A DNA stretch of 64,000 nt, taken from Tubulanus polymorphus. Taxonomy: Eukaryota > Animalia > Nemertea. The notes beneath the pieces were generated by a model. That model did no database searches and was not told the DNA's origin. It saw nothing but the letters and a program-made list of their open reading frames with translations. How positions within the stretch are numbered: the first letter of the stretch is position 1; each line of letters starts with the position of its first letter. The stretch lies in assembly GCF_964204645.1 (NCBI RefSeq), contig NC_134029.1, positions 12,674,850-12,738,849 on the forward strand, read 5' to 3'. This document shows, one piece after another, positions 42,342-54,176 of this stretch. The position numbers and the translations under genes are program-made.

Positions 42342-45104
42342 TTAAAATTTAAAATATAATATTCTTCCTATTACAATTCCTATACAAGTTATAGCTAATT
42401 TAGTATTTTCGTGGGATTTATTATCATTATTAACTTTAATTATTTCATGTTGAATAATATCAGTTTTTATATTTTCTCTAGTATTGTAATCTTTTATTTT
42501 AGAATCATTATTTAATTTATTATTCTTAGTTTTAGTTTCAGTTGATTGAAGATATTTTTTACTTTTTTCACCTTCCATTAGTTTTGGAGCAGTAATAATC
42601 TTTTTATTTATATCATTTAATCCAAACTTATTATTTTTTGTTGCAGTTTTAATTAAATTATTATAACCAATTATATTCCCCATCTTTAATATTAAACCAT
42701 CAGAAATAATTAATAAATTGGGTCCTATACAATAATTTAATCTTACATGAGATTTATCTAAATAATTTTGGTACCTAACTATTTTTTCTGGAATCGAACT
42801 ATTTTTGAATGGAATCTTCAAATAAAACTTTAAATTGTTTCTGCGCGTCAAATGAAGTATTATCATTTCCAACTATTGGTGATCTTGTTTCAACTTGGGC
42901 ACCTAAAATACAAATTAAATATATTCTTATAGATTGATTTATTCTTTGTATACCTGATTTCGTAAAACCTTCACTATTTTCTAAAATAAAATTAATCCAT
43001 CCATTATTTTTTTGTTGTTGTATATTATTATAATATTTTGGTAATTCATTCCAATTTAGTGTTCTTATATCTGTATTTGTTATTATTTTACCAAATTCTT
43101 TAGTATATAATATTCCTAATCCACCCATTGTACCAATTTTGCTCTAAAATCATTATTTGCACTAATATTAAATTCATTACATATATTATAAAACTTAGAA
43201 ATATTAATATTATTATTTAGTTCATTAGTATTTTGAACCTGGTAAAGGGCACTCTAATTCATCTAATATTAATTTTATTTGAAAATATGTATGAAATCTA
43301 AAAAGTGATAATATCAATGGTAAACTTGGTTTATTTAAATGATCATTCCAACTTATACCACACCCTGTTGTTGCACAATAAACTGCAAAATTTAATTGGT
43401 TCTGCCAGTACTTCATATTAGATTTTAATAACCATTGTTTTGCCTCATTTATATTTTTAAAATTAATTACGTAAATATTGAATATATTTTCCATCTTGGC
43501 ATTGAAATTATTCGTTTCAGTTACATAAATATCTAAATTAATTAATGAATCTAAAACTTCATTTCTATATGAAATATCTATATTAAAATCTATTGCAGGA
43601 ATATTATATTTAAAGGGTAACTGACACTTTTTTAAAGATTTTCTACTTTTTACACTAAACGATATATTATAGTATACAATAAGGCTAGGTGATTTCATAA
43701 TTGGAAAAATCTTTTCAATCTAGTCAGAATAGATGATTTTGATGTTCGCGCACCTGTTCAGTGTATACATTGCTTCTGCTGAACGCGTGGTACTGTGTCT
43801 ATTAATAGAACTACGTCACTAAAGTAACGGCTCGGAAATGATGTCTATAGAAATGAATAGGAAATAAGCTACAAGAGCAATTCAACTTAATTTTATACCT
43901 ATTTGGCATTCGAATTGAGACAAAATGCCTCTTGATTTTGAAAGTCTACATATTAATGATTATAATTAGCTGTTGAACGGACCATATCCGTTCAAACTAA
44001 GCGCAAAAATAGGATTTGAATAGCAATCCATGGCATTTTCTAGTAGACAGCAAGGAACATGGATGTTTAAATCATCGTTTTGTAATATCATTTAGTGATA
44101 GTAAGTAAGATCATGGTCAGATCTAAGAATATTTTCACTTATGAACTGATGATGAAACTTAGACAGAATAAGCCGCAAGAATAATTTCCAATTCTTTTCT
44201 TGAAATATACCTCGTATTGGTAGCGGCTTTGGTCACAAAATAAGAATATTTCCTCATCCATCCTATTTTAAAACTTAGAAATAATGTTTGTGAAGGATTT
44301 GTGATGTAATCTATCAACACTCTTCTGCAGCGTGTAACTTTAATCGAAAAACATTAATCCTTTGAATATTTGTTGTAAAAGCTGTAGAAATTTATGAAAG
44401 TTTTTGTAGAGTTTTGAAGTGTTAGTTTTCAAACTAGGCCTACTTAGTCTTAAATGACTTTGAAAAATAGTAAATAGTAAACGAATATGAATCTATTTAT
44501 TCTTTAGCGAGATCGAAATCTGTGATCACATGAGACACTGTAGTATGCTTGTGGTGCTGAACTATTGGTGAACTATGGAGCAGCAGTAACAGTGCTGAGA
44601 GCTTAGCATAGTGTACTTTAAAATAGCTTCATAGCAGCGGATTGAAATCTGCATCTTCAATTTGATCGATTTAGCCTATTCAAATTACTCATTGATTCTT
44701 TGAAATAGGTTTATGCAATAGACAATAGATCCTTTTACCTCCCTGGCCAGTTTCAAAGCGGTAAAACAATCTGGCATTGAGATATAACAGAAAGTACACG
44801 CAGTTTCCTCAAAATTCAACGCATTTCTATAGACGCTATTTCTCAGCTCTGCCTGTAATGACGTTGCAGCGCGCACCTGCTGATTTAGCCGACGCTGAAC
44901 AGTAAGCGATGTAAACAACAAAATGAGGTCAAAAATCTTGTTACAAAATCACAAATTGCGCGTTAACTAAACATTTTGGAACAGAACGGTTGAAGATGAG
45001 TGTATAGATCAATAGAATACATCATATTTTGAAATAAAAAAAAGTGTCAGTTACCCTTTAATTGATTTATTATTTTGAAAAGCTTTTGGAAAACTATCTA
45101 CCAT
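42342..45104 (-). pseudogene. Conserved Polinton-like virus protein (WQNQLNFAVYCATTGCG motif) with C-terminal TM helix; interrupted by a Kolobok MITE
   Basis: Removing 43614-45057 plus one TTAA gives in-frame MVDSFPKAFQNNKSIKYNIPAIDF; continues through the 109-aa and 176-aa ORFs via frameshifts. Confidence 0.7.
43614..45057. mobile_element. Kolobok-type non-autonomous DNA transposon
   Basis: TTAA-AGGGTAACTGACACTTTTT ... AAAAAGTGTCAGTTACCCT-TTAA. Confidence 0.8.
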
Positions 45105-45120
45105 TTATATAATAAAAAAA

Positions 45121-45555
45121 TTAATAATTAACTAATTCTTTTAATAATTTATCTTGTTCTTCAACTGTTATATTACCATTTAAACTTATAATATAAACTA
45201 ATGTATTTTTTAATTTATTAATTTCTTTTATATTAGATTTTATTTTTTCTTTATTACTTTTTATATTTAATTTTGAACTTATTCCGGTTAATACACTTGA
45301 ACTTAAACCTAACACACCAATTGATATAGCTAAAGGAGTTAATGGACTGAATATTGCTAGAAATGTTATTACAGAACTAATTGTAACTGAACCACTGATA
45401 ATAAAATAATGTATAATTTTAGATTTTAAATATTTTTTCTTTTTAACTTTTAAATCATTTTCAAATTCTAATATTTGTTTTTCCAAATATAATTTTAATT
45501 TAGTTTTATTTATATCATGAGGAATAATATCAATATTATCAACTTCATCAACCAT
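45121..45555 (-). CDS. Viral two-TM-helix protein, 144 aa
   Basis: Open ORF with hydrophobic hairpin IIHYFIISGSVTISSVITFLAIF / LAISIGVLGLSSSVLTGI; preceded by the TAAATG motif. Confidence 0.7.
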   Translation of the reverse strand: MVDEVDNIDIIPHDINKTKLKLYLEKQILEFENDLKVKKKKYLKSKIIHYFIISGSVTISSVITFLAIFSPLTPLAISIGVLGLSSSVLTGISSKLNIKSNKEKIKSNIKEINKLKNTLVYIISLNGNITVEEQDKLLKELVNY

Positions 45556-45574
45556 TTATTTAGAAAAGAAATTA

Positions 45575-45997
45575 CTAATTAGTAAATTTATATGCCACAA
45601 ATATAAGAATAACTGTTCCACCTAAAATCCATATTATTTCATATTTCTGTTGTTCTTTACTTGGGGTATAATAATCTGTTAATTTAGGTTTATATAGATG
45701 TAATTTTTCTTTATTTGTTACTGCATTATATAAACTCATAGCTTCATCGACTGATTGAAAATCTTTATGTGAAATCTACTGATTATATAATTCTTTATTA
45801 ATGTAATCCATATAATTTTGTCTTTTTTCTCTATTTTCTTCTGCTGCTTTATTATACTTTTCTAAGGCTAAGTTATGCCTTTTTTGTGCTGATAATGATC
45901 CATTTTTATCAATATGCTTAAATAAATATCCACCACCAGTAAATGCCAAAGCGTTAACTATTGCCGATCCTATAATAGTTATAATTGCAGATGCCAT
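45575..45997 (-). pseudogene. Viral small membrane protein (NALAFTGG motif) with one premature stop
   Basis: N-terminal hydrophobic segment and coiled coil; after the stop it continues ...LTDYYTPSKEQQKYEIIWILGGTVLIFVAYKF. Confidence 0.7.
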
Positions 45998-46021
45998 TTA
46001 TTTAACAAAAAAATTACGCGT

Positions 46022-46243
46022 TTATATAGGAGGAATACATTTTTGTTTTTCTAAATAATCAATTGTTAAATTAGATAAAGTAACTGCTAACGTTAATTTT
46101 AAGATATCATTTATATCAAATCTATCAACATTAACACTTCCCATTTTAAATACTTTTTTTAATACCATTGTATAACCGACAGTCCCCACTGATAATAATG
46201 CTCCATTATATAAACCAGTTATTATCCACTTATTATCACTCAT
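46022..46243 (-). CDS. Viral small hydrophobic protein, 73 aa
   Basis: Open ORF preceded by TAATTTTTTTGATAAATAAATG. Confidence 0.65.
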   Translation of the reverse strand: MSDNKWIITGLYNGALLSVGTVGYTMVLKKVFKMGSVNVDRFDINDILKLTLAVTLSNLTIDYLEKQKCIPPI

Positions 46244-46606
46244 TTATTTATCAAAAAAATTACTATCTTCAAAATATTTAGCTATCTTATTTATGATTAT
46301 TTCAACATTTATTTCATTACTACTCTTATGATTATCATATATTTCAGTTAATATGTTTTTAATATCATCAATAATGAAATCTTCATCTAATTCATAAATC
46401 TTAAAGACTCAGTAATCTTTTCTACATCAAAAGTTTCTTTATTTATTGTTTTTTCATAATCAAATGTTGTGTCATTAAAAAATGCAATATTTTTAATATG
46501 AGTTATTACATCATTAATGTTAAATTTCATTTCTTTCTCACGTTTAAAATCAAATTTAAAACAGATACTCGGTCCTACTGTGATATTTATTTATTTAATG
46601 AAAAAA

Positions 46607-47345
46607 TTACTCTCTACATCTTATAACTAATTCATAGATTACAGGAAAGTTATTCAAATCAATTAAATAACCATTATGATTTCTTATTTCTAATTTGAAA
46701 TTTTTGAAATGTGGAATACAAGGTTTAAAATCACATCAGCCAAATTATAATTTATTTGCGTTCCAAATTGTTTAACATTTTTTAATGGTAAAACAGTTAA
46801 CAAACCAGAATTACAAATTGTATCTTTAGTTGCTTCAAATGTTTTTGTAGGATTAATTAAATTGCAATAAACATAAAAGTGTGTAAAAGGCATTATATTT
46901 GAATTAGCGTCTACGTTTCCTGTAACAGTTTGTGGGTTAATTCCTAACAGTTTAGCTAAAGGTTTTCTTACCATAAATGCATGTTTGCTTACATCATCTA
47001 ACTTTATTTTAATTTTATCAGAACTATCACTTTTTATAAATCTAATTGAAAATTTATCTTCACTTTTAAGTTTTAATCGTGCTCTTCTGTTAATTTCTTG
47101 TGCTAATGTTTCTAAATTATATAATCCTGGTTTTAAAAATAGATGAAACCATTTACTTATATTTCTAATATGAATTAAAAAGGCTCTATGTTCAAGAGTT
47201 TTATCCGATACATTATGAAAGGAATTACATAAACTTACATTTACTAATTTCAAATCTGCACAATTCTTAAATTCTCTTTCTAATTGTACTAGTAAATTAT
47301 GTGATTTATAATTTGTAAGTCTTCTTGAATCAACAAATATATTCT
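46607..47345 (-). pseudogene. Putative minor capsid (penton) protein
   Basis: NSFHNV, PGLYNL..L, KLLGI, FYVYCNLI, GLLTVLP, then IRNHNGYLIDLNNFPVIYELVI; this pattern resembles Polinton single jelly-roll pentons. Confidence 0.55.
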
Positions 47346-47371
47346 TTTAATTTATCTTTATCTTACATATT

Positions 47372-47725
47372 TTATTCGAAATCTATTTCATGGTGCCTTT
47401 TTTCATTCTTACCCTTATATATGAAATAGAAATCACCTGAACATAATTCTTCTAAATCTTCACTTGATAATCTATGAAATCTATCTGGTAAATATGTTCT
47501 GAATTTATATGAATTTCCCTTTAATCCTTCATATTCTAAGTGGATAACTAATTTACCTCCATATTTGTTAGTAACTGTATCAATATTTGTAATTAAATAT
47601 TTCGTATGAATGGTTAATTCTGTCAACTTCTTAAATTTATAATCCACAGATTTAGCATTTGTGATATCTTTTATTCTATCTAGAAATGATTTGTTGTTCT
47701 CACTGTGTACTTGTTTACTCTCCAT
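47372..47725 (-). CDS. Small viral protein (possible OB-fold/SSB-like)
   Basis: MESKQ... FKKLTEL..YLITNIDTVTNKYG...YLPDRF...FIYKGK, directly downstream of pPolB. The fold is inference. Confidence 0.55.
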   Translation of the reverse strand: MESKQVHSENNKSFLDRIKDITNAKSVDYKFKKLTELTIHTKYLITNIDTVTNKYGGKLVIHLEYEGLKGNSYKFRTYLPDRFHRLSSEDLEELCSGDFYFIYKGKNEKRHHEIDFE

Positions 47726-47759
47726 TTTAATAACATATTTTTTATTAAAACTGAATTGA

Positions 47760-50399
47760 CTTGTAATAATCCTTTTCATAATCTCATTCTCTTTTGTTTC
47801 TTCTCTTTTGAACTTTAGTATTCATCTAAATTGCAACCATAAGCAACTGTATGAATTCCATCATCTAAAATCTATCTTTTATCATCGAAAGGATTTAAAC
47901 TAACCTTTCTATCTCTTCAATAAACATTTCATGATCTTCTGATCTTAAACATTTCATCTTATGTTTTCTAACTTCTTCATTAAATATACAATTGATGTAA
48001 TCTTTGAAATGAATATTCTTTTCTACTACACTTTTAGTAATTCCTTTTAACTTTTTAGCTTCATGAGTTTTGGTTTCATATTAATACATTTTAGACCGAA
48101 TACCTATAAATTCTATCATTTCTTCACCACCTAATTCATCTTTGAATTTACCGGGAACCTTTTTATTATCATTGCTAAACAATTCATGATCTTTTGGATG
48201 ATTACTAATATCAAAATGATGTTTTAATGTTTTTAAATCATCTGTTATGTTATTAGTTTTTATCTTTAATATGTAACTGTCGGTATCAAAATATAAGATT
48301 TCTATATGCTTTTCTCCAAAAATGAGGTTGTAATATGTTATGATAGAATTCATACATCAATAGCTTTGATATTTCTAAAACTGAAGCACCAACATAGATT
48401 GGTTTATTAAATTTCATAGAAGTTCTTTTCATTTTAACTGCAGCTAAATTTTTATCAAATATTCTATTACCAATAAATTTAGGATATGTTTGTAAATGTC
48501 TAATTCTTTTACCATTACTGACTAACTCAATATCATTTCTATTTCTAATATTTTGACAAGTCTTACCATAAAATGCATTATTCATCAGTTTGAAAAAATC
48601 TTTCTCAAAATCAGTTTTAGCTTTAGTTCTCTGTTTGGTGTTAAAATCTATATATTTTTCTTACCATTTAGATTGACTGAATGAAATATATATACGTACT
48701 TTTTTTAGAATCATTCCTTGATTCAAATAGAATTTAACATTCTATAATGCACCACATAATTATATTTATCTTCCTGAGTTACCATTAACTTTTCTGTATG
48801 AATATGATTTTCAAGTTTAATTCTTTTTTAATTCTTCATGTGGTTCAGTTTTATGTTCGGGACAGTAAGCTAGATTCCAAATATTCAATGTTCTACTATA
48901 TATTTCATCTTTAACATACTCATTTTTTAATTCATCATAAAATTGTTCTTTTAATAATTCAGTTATATTGAAATCATTATGTGATTTATAAAATGAATAT
49001 GGAATTGCTCCTTTATATCTCATTAATTGAAAATCATCATTATTTGGATAATATTGCTTTAATATTTTTAATTCATCATCAACTAATGATTTTGATAAAT
49101 TATCTAATGAACTACCTAAAAATCTATATGAATCTATAAATCTTAGACACCCAAATTGGAAAGATATATAATTCTCAGATGTTTTAGCTAACATTTTAAA
49201 TTTATAAGTTGGTATTTTATCTTTTGATCTATATGAATTTACTCTTTCAATTTCAGAATTGATTTCTTCTATTTTATGGCACAGTTGCTTGATGAATAAA
49301 TGTGCATCATATTCTGATAAATTATGAAATATAACTGGAACAAAGTTAATTCTCTTAGCTTTTAAATTACAATTCTCACGGGCTGCGCCTCTAAACTTTC
49401 CATTCAAATGATCATGGTCTCTAACTTTTTTATAATTAAATGTCTTTTCACAATAATAACATTTATCAGCAAACTCAAATTCTTCTTTATCTTCTTCTGT
49501 CATTATAATTTCTTTATTTTCATTTAACTTTTCATTAAATTTTATTTCATACTCAATTAATAAGTCACAAAAATGATTAATAACATTTTCATTTTTATAA
49601 TGGTAATATTCACTTTCAATTAGTTCTGGATAATCAGATTTATATATAATCCAAAAGCTGCAGCACTTTGATGAATCTTTTTAATTGTATTTGTTATTAG
49701 AGGATCTGAATAATCAATTATATCATTTTCATTAGAATTTAATTTCTTTCTTTTATGATATATTTCTTTTCTATCTTGATCAGTTAATTCTTTTTTGAGT
49801 GATTCAAAATCACCATATATTACAAATGGTACTTTATTTTTGTAATCATATTTTTTGTCTTTAATCCTTTTCATTTGGTAAAACTATTTTACAATAATCA
49901 TGATTATCACATAATTGCTTATGATTTAATAATGCCCTTTCAGTTCTGAATTTAGTTATACATTTTCTACATAGATATATTTTATTATCAAAATCATTTT
50001 CTGATTTGAAAAATAAATCAATTCTTTTAATCCACATATAATGTTTCTCATAATATAATATATCTATATCATCATTTGAATCATAATCTTTTGAAAGGTA
50101 TAAAGGCTCTAATGTAAAATGTTTTATATTGTTACCTTTTGTTTTAGGTAATTTGATTAAATCGAATACATTTATTTTTAGATTATTATCTCTTTCTATT
50201 TTTGGGATATTTTTAATTCTAACAGGATAATTGTCTATCTTATAATTATTTTCAAATGGTTTAAAATGTCTGAATCTCAAACTATGAGTAATATCTTCTG
50301 TTGGATGTAAGCAACTAATTATTGACCATAGAAAACATTTATCATCTTCATTTTGTACATTTATTACAGCATTAGTTTTAAATGGTAATTTGATATAAC
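47760..50399 (-). pseudogene. Protein-primed family B DNA polymerase (pPolB) with frameshifts and an internal deletion
   Basis: INVQNEDDKCFLWS, YGDFES, RDHDHLNGKFRG..NCNL, FHNLSEYDAH, FIDSYRFL, KLMNNAFYGK, YFDTDS, GKFKDE, FDDKR. Confidence 0.93.
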
Positions 50400-50664
50400 T
50401 GTGGCGCCTCTATATGTATAATGTATTTAATAAATGTATATTGTATAGTGGCGCCTCTATATGTATAATGTATATTGTATAGTGCCGCTCTCTGCATGTA
50501 TATCGTGCAAATGTCATATATATTTCACAAACGTAATATAGAAAACATGTATATTGATATTGTATTTTACCAATCTATATTGTAACATCGTCAAATATTG
50601 ACAAGCGTAATATAGAAAACATGTATATTAATATTGTCCTGAATTTCACGCCATACTACGGCTA

Positions 50665-51434
50665 AATGTTCTGGGCAATATGGTAAGTTTCCTGTTATAA
50701 ACTTTATGTTATCAGGATATTCTAAATCAACTACAAAGAAATAACCAATTGGTGCTTTATCTTTTAAACCCATAATTGCACTTTCCCAATCAGTTTTATC
50801 ATCATTTTCAACTTCTGTTAATATAAAATTTTTGTACGGTTGAGGCTGCATCATTGCCCACCCATATAAATTATTGGCATCAATATATAATAATTTATAT
50901 TCATCATTTGCTTTAAAATGTCCCATAACACCACTAATTCCACCTCTAATTGATTTTTCAAATAATAAAACGATGTCTGGTTCTTTTAATAAATCTAATT
51001 CTGCATTTGTATATTTTAAACCACATTGCCACGTTAAACCAGAACTAGAGCAGCAATAACAAGGATCAACATTAAAATGATTTAAATTAACTTCTCTAAA
51101 TTTTTCAAATATATCAGCCAATATCATAACATCTGATTTTAAGTATAAATCTACTAATTCACCATGATTTTCTATCTTAAAATGATTCCAAATATTTAAT
51201 GTTCTATTAAAAACTTCATCTTTCACACACTCCTCTTTTAATTGATCATAAAGTTGTTCTTTTAATAATTCTGTTACATTAAAATCATCATCTGTTTTAT
51301 GAAATGAATAAGGAATTGCGCCTTTATATCATAATAATTTAAAATCTTGTTAATTTGGATAATAATGTTGAGTTATTATAAAATCATTATCAACTAAACT
51401 TTTTGCTGAATTATCTAATGAACTTGCTAGAAAT
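50665..51434 (-). pseudogene. Second, divergent pPolB fragment (Polinton copy 2)
   Basis: FLASSLDN, YLKSDVMILADIFEKFR, SIRGGIS, YIDANNLYGWAM (motif A), VDLEYP. Confidence 0.9.
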
Positions 51435-52030
51435 GTTCAAAATGTGAATTGAATAAGCCATTTACAGATTATTATAATCATAAAACTCAGAGAGATGGTA
51501 AGCAAAGTTATTGTAAAACTTGTAGTAAACTAAGTGACAAACAAAATTATAGAAATAATACTGAAACACGCAAAGATAAAAATAAGCAATGGAAAGAAAA
51601 TCATTTAGAACATATTAAAGTGTATAATAAAAATTATTATAAAGAAAAATATCATACAGATTTTAATTTTAAATTGAAACAATGTTTAAGAATTAGATTA
51701 ACACAATTATTCAACAAAGAAACGCATTCAGAAACACTATCTAATTTGTTGGGTTGTTCAGATGAATTTCTCAAATCATGGATAATATATCACTTTAATG
51801 ATGAAATGAATGAAAAAAACTATGGTGAATACTTTCATATTGATCACGTGTTGCCGATTTCTAAATGTGACATGAGTGATGAATACGATAAAAAACTAAT
51901 TTGGAATTGGAAAAATTTAAGACCTTTAGAAAAGAAGGAAAATATAATTAAATCTAATAAACTAGATTTACAGTTATATTTAGATCAACTGGATAACGCA
52001 AAGACATTTGTTGAATTATGGAATTCATGA
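51431..52030 (+). CDS. HNH endonuclease with N-terminal CxxC..CxxC zinc ribbon, 5'-truncated
   Basis: KCSKCELNK...YCKTC, LLGCS, NYGEYFHIDHVLPIS, WKNLRPLEKKENIIKSNK. Confidence 0.8.
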   Translation, partial: KCSKCELNKPFTDYYNHKTQRDGKQSYCKTCSKLSDKQNYRNNTETRKDKNKQWKENHLEHIKVYNKNYYKEKYHTDFNFKLKQCLRIRLTQLFNKETHSETLSNLLGCSDEFLKSWIIYHFNDEMNEKNYGEYFHIDHVLPISKCDMSDEYDKKLIWNWKNLRPLEKKENIIKSNKLDLQLYLDQLDNAKTFVELWNS

Positions 52031-53228
52031 AAAACATGTTGAAGCTTAAGCGCTTAGAAAACCGGTTTCTCTCGATCTATGTTAAACTGCCTATATGCAA
52101 TTGTATTAGGTTAGCTGTAGGTTGTTTACAAAAAACATCTGCGGCAGTTATTTTCAGTTGAATGGGGGTGTACCTCATTTGAATATAGATCGAATGTGCT
52201 ATTTCAGTTGAAAAGGATTAATCAATTACATCACAAAGGAACATCTGTTGCTTAGACAGACAGTGCCTTGGTATATTGAGCGCAGTCGCATTACAACATC
52301 CGAACTGAACAGACGGAATACGTATATAGAACGTATAATATTTTTCTCTAGAAACACAATTAGGAATTTATAGTTATAAATGTAAGTACTGTTTTTGTTG
52401 TTATTAAGACGCCGGGAAACGTTAAACTTGTTTAAGTGTATTAATCTTATTTGAAAACTACAACTTCAAGTTAGTTTTATTCTACGCTAGATATTTATCT
52501 TTTAGATAACAAAATGCTACGCGTAACAAGAAGACCATTGCTATTTGAACCAAGAAAGTGAAGATAGGAGGATGTGGAATCATAAATTATGGATAGTTCA
52601 ACTCATTAAACTAGCAGTTTAGCCATACTGTATAGGCTTTCAATGCATTACGTTTGCCGGAATTTCAATTGCGTCATTCAGCTGTTGTTAATGTCACACA
52701 CAGTGACAGATGTTGTATTATACTTTATTGATTCCTGCATTCCACGTATACCTTACCGATCGGCTGCCGAGCGGCTTGGAATTTGGAAATCGATAATGAT
52801 TGTAGAATAAAATATATGTGTTTATGAAATAGTAATTCCACCAGTCGTTTCTTTGAATTTATTTTCAGTTTGAGGATTTATTATCAAGAATCCGAAATGA
52901 CTTATCTGGACAGTTATAATTACTGCTCCTAATAGATAAACAATAGAGATATCGAATCCTTATTCAAATAAAAAGTATTAAAAATTACATATCTTCAACT
53001 AACCAGTGAATCCTATTATATTTTTAATATTTTCTTTTCAAAAGGAGAATACTTATATATTTTGAATAGATTCAAATAGAAATTCTTTAAATTCAAATAG
53101 CTAGTATCAGTAGTCAATACTAGAATTCTTTAACTTTAACTAGCTAGTATCATTTTATAATACTTATAAAAATTTTTTCTATTTTTTTTTTCTATTTTTT
53201 ATTTTTTTCGCTTTTTTCTCTAATATAA

Positions 53229-53746
53229 ATGTCAAAGAAATCGAATAAGAATAATACCGACATTGAAAAAACATTAGATGATTTGGGCATTAGTGATAAT
53301 AAGGATATTCCGACCAAAATTGAAAATAATATTAATTGTAATATTGATTATGAATACTACTTATATTGTAAGCACCATCTTGAATTACTAATTGCTAGCG
53401 GAAAGTGTAATCAATTTTCAACTAAGATCATTACTTTTCAAGACCTAGACTCTATGAAACCAGATAAAGTAATAAAATATTTTAAGATTTACGAAGAGTC
53501 AAGATTAGCCCGAATAAATGATTCTATTTCTGATGGTATTCAAAATTATGTAACCGGTTAATGTCAATTGATGATGAAAATAAATTACATACTGATTTGA
53601 AAAATGACTACTTAGTTATGACTGAATTACAAAAATGGGTCGGATATGCTTCATTCCAATTAGGATCGGTTATGACATTAATTTCTACTGGTGTCATAAC
53701 ATCTTCGAATATCAAGCCTATGGAATATAAATCAGGTAAGAACTAA
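53229..53746 (+). pseudogene. Conserved viral hypothetical protein, frameshifted (110 + 61 aa ORFs)
   Basis: AT-rich, TAAATG start, overlapping ORFs with a hydrophobic C-terminus. Confidence 0.6.
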
Positions 53747-53816
53747 ACAGATGGCGCCGTACGACACCCAAACGGTGAAACAGAAAATGAATCAGAACAA
53801 AAATTAACTAAAATAA

Positions 53817-54176
53817 ATGAGTGATGGCGTTAAGAAGAAGCCTAGATCCGAGAAACAAATTATATGGGCAAGAGAATTAGGTAAAAGATCTGCAGAATTA
53901 AAAAAAGCTAAGAAAAAGAGATTAACTGATATAAATGAATCACAGAAATTATCTGATATTGATTCAAATAATAATCCATCTGATTATTCTAATAGTGGAA
54001 GAAATAATGACTTATATATTACAATTGGATTAGTAACAGTTATTATATTCTCTTGTGTAATATATAAATCTAAATTCAAATCTGATGATAAAGATGATTC
54101 CAATGATAATAAACATATTATACCAGAAAATAAGTCAAATGATAAAATCATTGAAACTAAATCTAAATCATTATAA
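53817..54176 (+). CDS. Viral basic protein with one TM helix, 119 aa
   Basis: KKKPRSEKQIIWARELGKR basic N-terminus and LYITIGLVTVIIFSCVIY TM segment. Confidence 0.65.
   Translation: MSDGVKKKPRSEKQIIWARELGKRSAELKKAKKKRLTDINESQKLSDIDSNNNPSDYSNSGRNNDLYITIGLVTVIIFSCVIYKSKFKSDDKDDSNDNKHIIPENKSNDKIIETKSKSL

Larger units (their letters stand above)
39145..50399 (-). mobile_element. Polinton/Maverick-like endogenous virus, copy 1 (degraded, both ends lost)
   Basis: Very AT-rich, intronless, tightly packed same-strand genes including pPolB and capsid-like ORFs. Confidence 0.9.

Noticed and set aside
52031-53000. Additional viral gene between the HNH and 53229
   Set aside because: No substantial ORF and a composition unlike the viral genes; probably an unclassified insertion whose ends I could not define.
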